Positions 1 to 10,736 of a DNA stretch of 64,000 nt are shown here, one piece after another; position 1 is the first letter of the stretch; each line of letters opens with the position of its first letter. Origin of the DNA: an uncultured Methanosarcinaceae archaeon. GTDB taxonomy: Archaea > Halobacteriota > Methanosarcinia > Methanosarcinales > Methanosarcinaceae. The stretch spans positions 96,001 through 160,000 of the forward strand of contig CAWHXP010000003.1 of the NCBI GenBank assembly GCA_963833425.1, given 5' to 3'. Under the pieces are notes generated by a model. The model ran no database searches. It worked only from the letters and a program-made list of their open reading frames with translations, and was not told the DNA's origin. Both the position numbers and the translations under genes were made by a program.

Positions 1-140
1 TTACTTTTCCTTTTTTTCGAAATTAATCTCATCTTCACTTCCCCAGTCAACACCCCCAGTTTAATATTCATATTTCAATATAATTCAGATTCCCATTTCA
101 ATATCATTCTCATATCTTTCCGGAAGAATTGTATCGACAA

Positions 141-731
141 TTAAGCTTTTCCTCTGGATTCACCAAAAATAATGCCCGTTGCAATTAGATGGGCAACTCT
201 CAAAGGCTCAGGAATATTACCTCTTATCGAAGTAAGCCGGATTATCTTACCCACATTTTGCAAACTTACGCCTATTTTTTGAATGTATATGGACGATCTT
301 TCTTTCTCACCAGCTATTTTATATATCTCCCCAGCTTTTTCTATTATTTTCCAGCGCTTTTCACCATCTGGAAAATGTTTGAGGGCAGATTTGAGTTTTT
401 CAAAATTCGGATATGACCTCATGAACACAATTAAAGGGATTTGGGTTTCCCTGTAAAGCTTCTCTATATCAATAACATTAAAACCTGCATATGTGATTCC
501 ATCGAGCATAATCACTCTTATTTGGCTATAATGTTTACTATTCCGTATCATCCTACATATTACGGCTGTAGCATCAAGTCCATCCTTGGTAATATCCGAA
601 CGAAGGATTCCATCCATCCAGTCCCCGCCCCGATAAAAAGTCCCAACAACCATCACTTTTTCATTTAGAAGAGCAGAGTCATCTATACCCAAAATTCGGA
701 TCTCGCGTTTAATATGAAAATCTGAATTCAC
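141..731 (-). CDS. DUF99 family protein (endonuclease V-like / endonuclease dU)
   Basis: Motifs RILGIDD, DGLDAT, IMLDGITYAGFNVID and IPEPLRVAHLIA. Confidence 0.85.
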   Translation of the reverse strand: MNSDFHIKREIRILGIDDSALLNEKVMVVGTFYRGGDWMDGILRSDITKDGLDATAVICRMIRNSKHYSQIRVIMLDGITYAGFNVIDIEKLYRETQIPLIVFMRSYPNFEKLKSALKHFPDGEKRWKIIEKAGEIYKIAGEKERSSIYIQKIGVSLQNVGKIIRLTSIRGNIPEPLRVAHLIATGIIFGESRGKA

Positions 732-820
732 AAGTGTTCTTTACACAGAGATTACAAAAATAGTTTGTCAATTTTTTAGTGAGTCGTTGTTTTTGATGGA
801 TCATAACGCATTAAACCATA

Positions 821-908
821 GAGTATATCGATAGACCTCTAAATTTCATCCTATGTTATAAACTAGATATAATTGACTCGTGCAAATCAGAGGTTTATCA
901 AAATTCTC
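821..908. mobile_element. 88-bp MITE with IS5-type terminal inverted repeats
   Basis: Ends GAGTATATCGATAGAC ... GTTTATCAAAATTCTC resemble the TIRs of the IS5 copies in this window. Flanked by a CATA/CATA direct repeat. Confidence 0.75.
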
Positions 909-964
909 CATAATTATGTATTGGGAAGAAGATCCTCGAGGAACTTCTACAGCTTGTTTCCCTC

Positions 965-2263
965 TCACACAAACATAGTTTCAGGGAGATTTCCAGTCGG
1001 CATCATTTTTTGCGTATCCGCAGCTATAGATACCTTGCCTACTGCATCAAGAAAATCTATCATCTCAACAAATTCCTTGTCTTTCCTAACTGCAAACATA
1101 CCTGCTTCAGTGGCAATTGCTTTGAGGTCTGCCCCACTCATCCCTTCTGTAATTTTTGCAAGCTTCTTAAAATCTATATCTTCTGCAAGTGTCATTCTTT
1201 CACAGTGAATCTCAAGAATTTTTCCTCTGGCGTCTATACCTGGCATAGGAATATGGACAAGCCTATCAAAACGACCTGGCCTTAGAATTGCTGGGTCAAG
1301 GACATCTGGGCGGTTTGTTGCTGCAATGATGCGGATATTTTTCCTTTTGTCAAACCCGTCCATCTCTGCAAGAAGCTGCATGAGTGTTCTCTGAACCTCA
1401 CGGTCTGCACCCGTAGTTTCATTTAAACGCCTTGCTGCAATTGAATCTAGCTCATCTATGAAGATAATACTTGGAGCTTTTTTACGAGCCATCTCGAAGA
1501 TTTCTCTCACAAGTTTAGAACCATCACCAATGTATTTCTGTACGAGTTCGGAGCCTACAACCCTAATAAAAGTTGCATTCGTCCTGTGAGCTACAGCTTT
1601 TGCAAGCAAAGTTTTGCCTGTCCCCGGAAGCCCGTACAAAAGAACTCCCTTCGGAGGTTCTATTCCTATGCGAACAAAGCGTTCCGGTTCGATTAGAGGA
1701 AGTTCAACTGCTTCCTGAAGTTCCTGTATTTGCTCATCGAGACCCCCTATTTGTTCATAGTCCACCTCTACACTCTCGAGGACTTCCATTGCAGCAACAA
1801 AAGGCTCTTCAGAGGAAGGGATAACCTCGGCAATAGCAAGTGTATGCTGATTTAAAGCAACCTTTGCCCCTGGTAACAGTTTTTTCTCATCGATATATTG
1901 TGAGACATTAACCAGAAACTGAGGTCCATTACTGCTACGTACAATTATTCTATCGTTTTTAATCACATCAATGACCGTACCGATGATAAGTGGAGAGGTC
2001 TTCATCCGATCGAGCTCAGATTGCAGCTTTCGTATTTCTCTCTCAGATTTGATCTTTTGATTTTCCAAATAACGTTTCTCGGACTCTATCTGGCTGCATT
2101 GCTCTTCCAGAAAACTGTTGCGGCTTTCAAGTTGCCTCAATCTATCCTGGGCGCTTTCAGCTACATCCCCCCGCTCTCCAGGCACAATTCCATCATACTC
2201 TGATCCGGACTTAACAAGGTGACTGCGCATACTTCCATCCTTACTCTTGATACTTTCCGTCAT
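965..2263 (-). CDS. pan: Proteasome-activating nucleotidase (AAA+ ATPase)
   Basis: N-terminal coiled coil, OB fold, Walker A GLPGTGKT, Walker [24 protein letters not shown]-terminus MFV. The frame is open to 2290, but the start is more likely ATG 2263 or 2230. Confidence 0.95.
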   Translation of the reverse strand: MTESIKSKDGSMRSHLVKSGSEYDGIVPGERGDVAESAQDRLRQLESRNSFLEEQCSQIESEKRYLENQKIKSEREIRKLQSELDRMKTSPLIIGTVIDVIKNDRIIVRSSNGPQFLVNVSQYIDEKKLLPGAKVALNQHTLAIAEVIPSSEEPFVAAMEVLESVEVDYEQIGGLDEQIQELQEAVELPLIEPERFVRIGIEPPKGVLLYGLPGTGKTLLAKAVAHRTNATFIRVVGSELVQKYIGDGSKLVREIFEMARKKAPSIIFIDELDSIAARRLNETTGADREVQRTLMQLLAEMDGFDKRKNIRIIAATNRPDVLDPAILRPGRFDRLVHIPMPGIDARGKILEIHCERMTLAEDIDFKKLAKITEGMSGADLKAIATEAGMFAVRKDKEFVEMIDFLDAVGKVSIAADTQKMMPTGNLPETMFV

Positions 2264-2311
2264 GGAGCTCCGAATAATATTTAAGTTCATACCGTATATA
2301 GCGTTTTCGAA

Positions 2312-2806
2312 GTGATCAAAATGCAGTGCGAAATATGCGGTGCAGAGATCCGCGAGAAGCCATTATGTATTACAATTGATAACAGCGAACTCCAAGTCTG
2401 CCAAAAATGTGCTCCGTACGGTAAACCTGTAGATAAACGAACTCCAGTATCAAGGAAAGTATCTCCGATAGTTCGTACAGTAACAAGAACTGAAAAGAGG
2501 CAAAATAAGGACTTTTTCGATATTTTGAAAGACGAGCTCCTGGAGAACTATGTTCAGATCATCCGGGATGCCAGAGAAGCTAAAGGCTGGTCTCAGGAAG
2601 ACATGGCCGAAAATTTAAAGGAAAAAGTATCCCTGATCAAGAAGATAGAACGCAGTGATATCATACCTGAAGATTCAATTATAAAGAAGCTGGAACACGC
2701 TCTAAACATTAAAATTACCGAACGTGTAGATGCAACTGGGCAGGAAGTCGCCCACGTAAAGAAAGATACTACTCTGGGGGACATTGTAACAATAAAGAAG
2801 AAGTAA
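2312..2806 (+). CDS. mbf1: Archaeal multiprotein-bridging factor aMBF1 (Zn ribbon + HTH)
   Basis: CEICG...CQKC zinc ribbon, [17 protein letters not shown]-terminal TLGDIV. Divergent from pan. The start may be ATG 2321. Confidence 0.9.
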   Translation: MIKMQCEICGAEIREKPLCITIDNSELQVCQKCAPYGKPVDKRTPVSRKVSPIVRTVTRTEKRQNKDFFDILKDELLENYVQIIRDAREAKGWSQEDMAENLKEKVSLIKKIERSDIIPEDSIIKKLEHALNIKITERVDATGQEVAHVKKDTTLGDIVTIKKK

Positions 2807-2967
2807 ATTTCGAGCAAGAATAAGTTTTAACTGCATTCTTTATTAAGCAACCACACTTAATCTTTGGATGATCTTTCCTTCCGAGAGTCAGATAGGGTTA
2901 CATTCGAAGAGTTTTTTTTTCTTTTATTTATTACTCATCCTTTGATCTTTACTGCACTTAAACTCTA

Positions 2968-3571
2968 GAGAATTTCGATAAACTCCATGCTCTTGAGCAT
3001 GGTTGACCTTAAATTTGTCAATACTTATGTATATTCATGAAAACTCTTATTGATTTTGCTCTTAAAGAAGAGTATAAACTTCTTGAATCTGTTGGGGATA
3101 AGCTTGCTGAAATTGCTTCCTTAATTGATTGGAAAACTTTTCGTATTATTCTTGAGTCTATGTATATTAACAAAACCATTTCAGGAGGGATACCTGAAAC
3201 TGATGTCATTGTGATGTTCAAAATGCTTGTTTTATAACAATGGCATAGGCTCTCTGATTTTGAACTTGAGAAACATTGTATAGATCGAATTTCTTTTAGG
3301 AAATTTCTTGTATTTCCTGAATACATACCTTACAGTACTACTGTATAGCTATTTAGGGAGAGAATTATCGAGAATTTCAAAGAAAATATGGGGGAAGTTG
3401 CAAAGCCAACTTGATACTCTGGGTTTACAGATAAAGCAGGGAATGATTCGGGATGCTACTTTTATCCATTCAGATCCAGGACATGCAAAAAAAGATAAAC
3501 CTCGAAGAGATAAGGGGAAGATGTGAGAAATTTCTGCTAAGAAATAAAATCCGAAGTTTATCGAAATCCTC
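2968..3571 (+). mobile_element. IS5-family element, internally deleted, transposase pseudogene
   Basis: TIRs GAGAATTTCGATAAACT / AGTTTATCGAAATCCTC with a TCTA target duplication. Fragments MFKMLVL-QWH-LSD and DATFIHSDPG. 604 bp, versus ~1.1 kb for the other copies. Confidence 0.9.
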
Positions 3572-3820
3572 TCTAGTTATATCCATTATTATAATCAATT
3601 CTAAAAAACGAGCAAAACACCTCTATTAAAGGAAAACACAGTTAGGTTCTTATGATCATTGTATTCCATTGACTTACAAATAAAATCCTGAAGCTGTAAC
3701 TTTTAAACCGGTTCTTTTTACTCTTTTATGATTCAAAGTACCTCGATTGAACATTAATTCTCTAAAAATATTTTTTTACTTTTTTCCAGATTTTCTCACA
3801 TATTTATACATTTTTTAAAC

Positions 3821-4658
3821 TTAAATTTCGATATTATACACCTTCTCAGGATTATCTTTGTGTACGACCCAAAAAGGTTCTTCACCATATGTTTCCATCA
3901 GCTTTATAGTTCTCTTGGGAACTGTTTTCGGGCCAAGTACTGCTCCTGGTCTATCAAGATCGTCAATATAATCTGTCTCCATCATAAACCGTGTTCCTTC
4001 TTCAAGTGCCCGTTCAACAGCTCCTTTAACACAAATAACCCCCGGAAAGAGTCCCAATTCTTCACAAACACTTATCAGAGGAGGAGAATAATGTTTCACT
4101 ACCCTATATAATTTGATTCCTGTTCTTTTAGCCCTTTCCGTTATGTCCCGAAGTTCAGCTTCTCCCACACTTTCCGTATGAAGCTGAACAGCGCAGTCCT
4201 GTTCTTTTCCCAGTGAAAAGGCATACTCCATGATCTCATTCGAAGTCGCCCAAACTTCTTCTGTCACAGGATAATGAGGACGACCAGACTTGATCCCTAC
4301 AGCAAGGCCTTTTTCCACATAGTCTGAAGCAATCTCTAGACCTTTCTTCATGATCTCCATAGCTTCTTGAAGTTCCATGTGCTCTATGAGCCTTGAAATT
4401 TCAGCTGGATGAACTCCAAGCACCGGAAAAACCTGAACCCCCGATCTTCTTGATCTTTGATCCAATTTCGATTGTTTCGTCAAAGACAGTGATGTAATCA
4501 TCAGGTTTTTTGATAGTTACCCCAATGGACCAGCTGGGTTTAGTGACTAGAATTATATGAGTCCCACCGGAATTCTGAAATTCTTTTACTGCTTCAAGAC
4601 CCCTGGCTCTAGAATCTATATGCATATGATTATCAGTAACAGAAATTTTCGCGAACAT
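3821..4658 (-). pseudogene. TatD-family metal-dependent hydrolase, single frameshift
   Basis: N-terminal DNHMH in ORF 4401-4658 continues into GVHP, QLHTE and METDYIDD in ORF 3821-4501. The shift lies in the C5 run at 4438-4442, so it may be a sequencing error. Confidence 0.8.
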
Positions 4659-4977
4659 CTTACCCCTTAATTAATTGAAGTTTTAGAACTTGAACGCAAT
4701 TCAGATTATATTTGTACTAAATTTTTGATTTTAATAGCCCCAGGACAAAAGATATTGATTTAATTTCTGCAAAAATTTGCATTAGTATACACATGGAGTT
4801 TTACTCCCCATAGTTTACTTTTCAGTTTAACTCTTATACCCAAAGCTTGAAATATAGAGCCTTACGTTGAGTACGCGGGAAGATTCAATTATAATTACCA
4901 TATTTTTCGATGAGTTATCCCTCTTAGCTTTTCAATCGCTACGTTCCTTTGAACCGAACATCAAAATCGGTGATAAT

Positions 4978-6006
4978 ATGACTAAAACCGCTGCAGTAAT
5001 TAAAGGTGATGGTACAGGCCCAGAACTTGTAGACGCAATGCTTAAAGTTGCAGAAGCATCTGGCACAGATATTGAATTTGTTGTTTGTGATGCAGGAGTT
5101 GGATGGTGGAAGAAAAACGGAGGAAATTCGTTGATTCCAAATGAGACCTGGGAAATCCTTGAAAGCTCGGATGTATGCTTTAAAGGCCCTACAACAACTC
5201 CTGGAGGGATAGGATCCCCTAAAAGTGTCGCTGTGTCTATAAGGAGAAAGTATAATCTCTATGCTAATGTAAGGCCAATCAAGACTTTCCCCAACTCAAA
5301 TAAACCTCTAGGAGATGTGGAAATGGTCTGTGTGCGCGAGGGTACGGAAGGGTTATATGTGGGAGAAGAAATCCAGCTCACAGACGACGTCTCCATTGCA
5401 ATCCGGAAGATTACACGTACAGCATCAAGAAAGATTGCTATCTATGCCTTCGAAGAAGCTAAGAGAAGAGGCTATGACACTGTTGTGCCCATTCATAAAA
5501 GCAATATCCTAAAGCTGACATGTGGCACTTTTTTGGAAGAGGTAGAAAAGGTAAAGCAGGTTTACCAGGGAATCAAAATATTGCCCTATCACGTAGACAA
5601 CATTGCTCAGCAACTTATTAAAAATCCACAAATTTTCAACAAAAAGGTTTTACTCTCTACAAATCTTTTTATGGACATCATAAGCGAGGAGTGCTCAGCC
5701 CTAGTAGGCAGTATTGGACTTATCTATTCTGCAAATATAGGGGACTCGTTCGCAATGTTCGAACCGGCACACGGCTCGGCTCCAAAATATGCAGGCCAAG
5801 ATAAGGTAAACCCTGTGGCAACAGTGCTTGCAGGAGCCTGGATGCTCGATTATCTAGGCGAAAAAGAAAAGTCAGAAGCTATATTCAAAGCTACAGAGCA
5901 AATAATTAAAGAAGGCAAGTATATAACTTATGATCTTGGAGGCAGCTCAAAACTGAGTAAAATGGCTGATGAAATTGCAAAGTATACAGCAAAAATTCTC
6001 AAATAA
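4978..6006 (+). CDS. Isocitrate/isopropylmalate dehydrogenase family protein
   Basis: GDGTGPE, HKSNILK, NLFMDIISE, FEPAHGSAPKYAGQDKVNP, TYDLGG. ATG at 4978 follows GGTGA. Confidence 0.9.
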   Translation: MTKTAAVIKGDGTGPELVDAMLKVAEASGTDIEFVVCDAGVGWWKKNGGNSLIPNETWEILESSDVCFKGPTTTPGGIGSPKSVAVSIRRKYNLYANVRPIKTFPNSNKPLGDVEMVCVREGTEGLYVGEEIQLTDDVSIAIRKITRTASRKIAIYAFEEAKRRGYDTVVPIHKSNILKLTCGTFLEEVEKVKQVYQGIKILPYHVDNIAQQLIKNPQIFNKKVLLSTNLFMDIISEECSALVGSIGLIYSANIGDSFAMFEPAHGSAPKYAGQDKVNPVATVLAGAWMLDYLGEKEKSEAIFKATEQIIKEGKYITYDLGGSSKLSKMADEIAKYTAKILK

Positions 6007-6047
6007 AAAGAAGCTGAAGAAATATAGCTAGAGGAATAACGAAATTT

Positions 6048-7409
6048 TTAATTGTTCTCATCCCCATCATTATATATATTTTTTTCATCAATTTTTCCTT
6101 CTTCAAACTCAGATATTTTCCCCTTGTTTTTCAGCATTCCTCTACTTTTATATGCAGAATTGCAGATCGGCTGATACAGGAAGTACTTTTCCACGTATCC
6201 AAGGAGTTCCTCATCCGAAATACAGGAAACCCTCTCTTCGTTATCATAAAGTTTCTGGATTTCTTTTTGGATTTTCAAGAGCCTATAGTCATCTTTTTCA
6301 ACGATAGCTTCAACGTCAAGAAGATCATTCAAGGTCTCCTGAACCTTATAGCGCATGATTTCCAAACCTGAGGAATCTCCGATGAGTAGAAATCGCTTCC
6401 CTCCAACTAATTCTGGAAGATATGGTTCGTAATTAAAGGGATTTTTGAGGACACCTGAGGCATGGATTCCAGACTCGTGGGCAAAAATATTTTTTCCTAC
6501 AACAGCTTTATTTCTCGGAACACGCAATCCAAGTTCTTTCTCCATGAATCTTGCAAAACGTGTAACAGGCTCGAGGTTATATCGTTCAAAGCCTTCCACC
6601 CTATCTACCAGGAAAAGCAGAATTTTTTCCATCTCACTATTGCCTGCGCGTTCTCCTATACCCAGAAAGGTGACGCTTGTCCAGTTAGCCCCATGCCAGA
6701 AGCCTGCAATGGAGCTTGCTGACCCGAATCCATAATCATCGTGTATATGGGTTTCTATATTTTTAACCCCTATATCATTTTTGAGGTGCTGGACTATTTT
6801 CGGGACCCCATAAGGTTCATCGATATTCATGAAGGGCATTCCATATCCGACAGTGTCGCATACTCGGATAATACACTCAGGGTCTATTTCCATTATATTT
6901 TCAACCAGCGGGAATACAAAACCATAATTGTCTGCTCTTGTCATATCTTCCAAATGTGCCCTTGTTCGAAGGCCATGATCTACTGCGTACTGTAAGGCAT
7001 CCAAATATTTTTCTTCAGCTTCTTTCCTTCCTGAAAGCCTCATCTTAGAAAAAATGTGTGTATCTGATACAGACATCAGAATTCCTGTTTCCTTAAGCCC
7101 ATCGATCTCCAAAATTTTATTAATATCTTCCCTTGAAGCTCTAGCCCAACCAGTGATCTCTGGATATTCGTAACCTATGTCGAACATAAGTTCCACAGCG
7201 TCTATGTCTCTTTGATTAAACACAAAAGCCTCGAGTTTTTCAATCCCTATCTCATGCAGGTACTCATAAATTTGAAGCTTGTGTTCTCTGCTCAAAACTA
7301 TCCCAGGCATCTGAGAACCGTCGCGGATAGTGCTGTCACTTATGAATACTTCGTTCCCATAAGGCAGCTTTATTTTGGGCAGATCTTCATATGATTCGTA
7401 AATTTTCAT
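6048..7409 (-). CDS. DRE-TIM metallolyase (isopropylmalate/homocitrate/Re-citrate synthase family)
   Basis: DSTIRDGSQ, HIHDDYG, GIGERAGN, FAHESGIH. Shine-Dalgarno GAGGAGGA upstream. Confidence 0.85.
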   Translation of the reverse strand: MKIYESYEDLPKIKLPYGNEVFISDSTIRDGSQMPGIVLSREHKLQIYEYLHEIGIEKLEAFVFNQRDIDAVELMFDIGYEYPEITGWARASREDINKILEIDGLKETGILMSVSDTHIFSKMRLSGRKEAEEKYLDALQYAVDHGLRTRAHLEDMTRADNYGFVFPLVENIMEIDPECIIRVCDTVGYGMPFMNIDEPYGVPKIVQHLKNDIGVKNIETHIHDDYGFGSASSIAGFWHGANWTSVTFLGIGERAGNSEMEKILLFLVDRVEGFERYNLEPVTRFARFMEKELGLRVPRNKAVVGKNIFAHESGIHASGVLKNPFNYEPYLPELVGGKRFLLIGDSSGLEIMRYKVQETLNDLLDVEAIVEKDDYRLLKIQKEIQKLYDNEERVSCISDEELLGYVEKYFLYQPICNSAYKSRGMLKNKGKISEFEEGKIDEKNIYNDGDENN

Positions 7410-8052
7410 CTCTTTTCCTCCTCTTGTTCAGGGGGCAGAGCCCTGCATCGATAGAAAAAACTTTCGATGCAAGGGTTTTTCCTGCGAAAAAGATATTTAA
7501 ATGTATAAAGGTCCGAAAATCAGTTGTCTTTGACCTAGGAACTTCAGCTTTTTTTTAAAACGCATTATTTTGAAGGGAGAACTTAGTATTTTTTTATCTC
7601 CATATGGAATCTTAGCTTATAGTCGACAATAAGCTATCACTATGCTGTTATGGTTAAAATCTCTTTCTTTCAAAATGGGAATTTATTTATATTTACACTT
7701 TATCTATATACCACGGCTGAGAAAATACTTCAATCTCGTCCCCCGAGAAACTATCGTTAACTTCAAGAAATACTGTCTATTCAAAATTGATAAGGATAAA
7801 AGAGGGAGCTTCTCTTGCGCAAAACTTTTCTCTTTTTTAGCAAAGGTATGATAATTTATTTTCCTACAATACATTTCTTACTGATAATAAGGTATATCTA
7901 TAAAAAGTTATATTTATGACGGGGTCGATTTGATAAATATAAGTTGATCTGATAAATAAAATATGTTAATTAAATTTGTGATTATCTTCTTTCATTGTTT
8001 AAAATTAGTATTTTAAATATAGCTTCTTCTGGATTTTTGAGGACATAAATAT

Positions 8053-8484
8053 AATTACATAATATTTAAAATTTTAACATTGATAGATTACACTTTAAAA
8101 ACCTATTAAAATGGATTTATAGTCGAAAATATACATCTCTCTGCTAAACTTGAATACAAACTTGAACCAGGGAAAAACGGAAAAAGAAATAAAAACAGTT
8201 TTTTCACCATAAATTGTTATAGAATTCCTAATTATTATAGGAAAATAATTAGTTTAAAAACTACCATTAATTACATAATATTTAAAATTTTAACATTGAT
8301 AGATTACACTTTAAAAACCTATTAAAATGGATTTATAGTCGAAAATATACATCTCTCTGCTAAACTTGAATACAAACTTGAACCAGGGAAAAACGGAAAA
8401 AGAAATAAAAACAGTTTTTTCACCATAAATTGTTATAGAATTCCTAATTATTATAGGAAAATAATTAGTTTAAAAACTACCATT
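8053..8484. repeat. Perfect 216-bp direct tandem duplication
   Basis: 8053-8268 equals 8269-8484 by direct reading. Confidence 0.95.
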
Positions 8485-8557
8485 TTTTTTAAAAAAGTGT
8501 AGTTTATTTTACTATTCAATTTCATGCATTTGCTTCACGTTTATCCTGAGGTAGAAC

Positions 8558-9112
8558 ATGTCCAAAATAGTAAGCATTAGCGGTGGTCCGACAAAACCTG
8601 AAATCATCGCTTTATCACTTTACAAACTGGGACTGCAGGACGGAGATAAATTTGCAGATATCGGCTGTGGTACCGGATCAGTATCAATAGAAGCAGCTAG
8701 AATTACCCGAAGTCTGACAATCTACGCAATAGAAGCCCGCAAAGAAGCACTTAGAGCCACCGAAATTAATTTCAAGAATTTCAACATCACAAATGCCAAA
8801 CTTTTAGCCGGTGAAGCTTCAGATATTCTTGGATCCAGAGATTTCATTGATTCTATAGATTGTGCCTTTGTCGGCGGAACAAAAAATATTGTTTCCGTTC
8901 TTAAGATACTTGTTGAGAAAAAAGCGCGAAGCATTGTGGTAAATGCAGTCCGTATCGAAACAGTGGTCAGAACAATTAATGCAATGAAAAAACTTGCAAT
9001 TTTTGATGAAGCACTACATATTGCGGTCTCCAGAAGTATACCACTTGCTGGAGAAACGATGTTCAAACCCGAAAACGCTGTATACATTGTTGTTGGAAAA
9101 AGAAAAAATTGA
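8558..9112 (+). CDS. cbiT: Cobalt-precorrin-6B C15-methyltransferase (decarboxylating)
   Basis: GGPTKPEI, SAM motif DIGCGTGSVSIE, AFVGG. First gene of the cbi cluster. Confidence 0.9.
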   Translation: MSKIVSISGGPTKPEIIALSLYKLGLQDGDKFADIGCGTGSVSIEAARITRSLTIYAIEARKEALRATEINFKNFNITNAKLLAGEASDILGSRDFIDSIDCAFVGGTKNIVSVLKILVEKKARSIVVNAVRIETVVRTINAMKKLAIFDEALHIAVSRSIPLAGETMFKPENAVYIVVGKRKN

Positions 9113-9324
9113 AAATTGCCCTCTAAACAGCATTCTGCATAAGTACACACATCTGGAGAGTTGCTTGTCGAATTGCCGACTATCATTCATTTAAAGTTTG
9201 ATTAATTTTAAAGCTGCAATATTATTGAGAAAATGGATGGCGTTCCGGTGTAAATCCCCCGAGAATTGGTTTTTATCAAAATTGTGTTTTTATATTTATT
9301 TTAATAAAATTACAGAGTGATACC

Positions 9325-9933
9325 ATGTTAATAGGAGTAGGACTTGGTCCAGGAGATCCTGAACTTCTGACCCTGAAAGCAGTAGGCATTTTAAAAAAAA
9401 GTGATAAGGTATATGTACCTGGTCAGATGGCAAAAGACCTTGTAGCCCCTTATGCGGACGCCGAAATTCTTGAATTTCCCATGATAAAAGACATAGAATC
9501 TCTCAATTTTCACTGGAAAGAAAATGCTGATAGAATAGCAGAAGAAGCGCGAAAAGGAACTGTAGCTTTCGGTCTTATAGGAGACCCAAATTTTTTCTCG
9601 ACATTTTCCCATCTCAAAAAAGTCATGCAAAAGCATTATCAGGATATAGAGCTTTCAACAGTGCCTGGAATAAGTTCGATCACATCTTTTGCAGCAAGGA
9701 CTGACATTGCAATTGATAGATCTTTCGAGGTCAGTGATGGTTCTGAGATTGTATATAAGATTAACCTGAAAGCCACACAGCCAAAAAAGATAGTTGAACA
9801 CCTCGAAGCTGAAGGATATAAAAAATTTATTTTTGCCGAAAGACTTTTTTCTGACAAAGAAGTTATAATCCGCAAAAAAGAGAAGTTTCCAGAAAAAGGG
9901 AATTATTTCAGTATCGTCTATGGGAAAAAATGA
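9325..9933 (+). CDS. cbiL: Cobalt-precorrin-2 (factor II) C20-methyltransferase
   Basis: [31 protein letters not shown]. Confidence 0.9.
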   Translation: MLIGVGLGPGDPELLTLKAVGILKKSDKVYVPGQMAKDLVAPYADAEILEFPMIKDIESLNFHWKENADRIAEEARKGTVAFGLIGDPNFFSTFSHLKKVMQKHYQDIELSTVPGISSITSFAARTDIAIDRSFEVSDGSEIVYKINLKATQPKKIVEHLEAEGYKKFIFAERLFSDKEVIIRKKEKFPEKGNYFSIVYGKK

Positions 9934-10736
9934 CAGATCCTAAAAAAGATTCTGCGAAAGCTGGACATAATTTTGGAATAAGTACATGGAAGCAAAGGAA
10001 TGATCCGATGGAAAGAAAAGTATATTTTGTAGGGGCAGGCCCTGGGAACCCAAAACTAATTACCATACTTGGACGTGAGATGCTTGAAAAAGCTGACCTC
10101 GTGATTTATGCAGGTTCTCTAGTAAATCCGGAGGTCCTAAATTATACTAAGGGAAAGACGGTAGATAGCTACGGTTTAACTCTTGAAGAAACTACTAAAA
10201 TGATCGCAGATGCAGTAGATTTAGGAAATTTTGTTGTTCGCCTCCACAGCGGAGATCCTTCTATTTATGGAGCTATTATAGAACAGATGGAAGAGCTAAA
10301 AAAGTACGACATCAAAGTGGAAAGAATAGCAGGCGTCTCATCTGTATTTGCAAGCGCAGTTGCTCTTGGTACCCAGCTTACTCTTAATGGTGTTTCTGAT
10401 ACTCTCATCATTACCCGTCCAGCAGGAAAAACTATGGAAAAAGATCTTATCACCGAGCTTTCAGCTTATAACACAACAATGGCAATTTTCCTGGGTACTC
10501 AAAAAATAAGAGAAATCATGGAGAAAGTCCGATGCCCGAAAGATACACCTGCTGCATTAATCTTTCATGCATCTTGGGAAGACGAGAAAGTTATCATAGG
10601 GACAGTAGGAGATCTCGCAGAAAAAGTGGAGGATGCAGGGATTACGCGATCAGCAATGATTATAATAGGTGAAGTTGTTAACCCCAAAAACTATAGGAGG
10701 TCCCATCTATACGGAATAGCCCAGAAATTGTTGTAA
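9930..10736 (+). CDS. cbiF: Cobalt-precorrin-4 C11-methyltransferase
   Basis: [33 protein letters not shown] overlap with cbiL. Alternative start at ATG 10008. Confidence 0.9.
   Translation: MTDPKKDSAKAGHNFGISTWKQRNDPMERKVYFVGAGPGNPKLITILGREMLEKADLVIYAGSLVNPEVLNYTKGKTVDSYGLTLEETTKMIADAVDLGNFVVRLHSGDPSIYGAIIEQMEELKKYDIKVERIAGVSSVFASAVALGTQLTLNGVSDTLIITRPAGKTMEKDLITELSAYNTTMAIFLGTQKIREIMEKVRCPKDTPAALIFHASWEDEKVIIGTVGDLAEKVEDAGITRSAMIIIGEVVNPKNYRRSHLYGIAQKLL

Noticed and set aside
4867..4977. N-terminal extension of the dehydrogenase from TTG 4867
   Set aside because: Family similarity starts at ATG 4978, which has its own SD-like GGTGA.
9113..9324. Cobalamin riboswitch between cbiT and cbiL or upstream of cbiT
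   Set aside because: No B12-box or conserved core motifs are recognisable.
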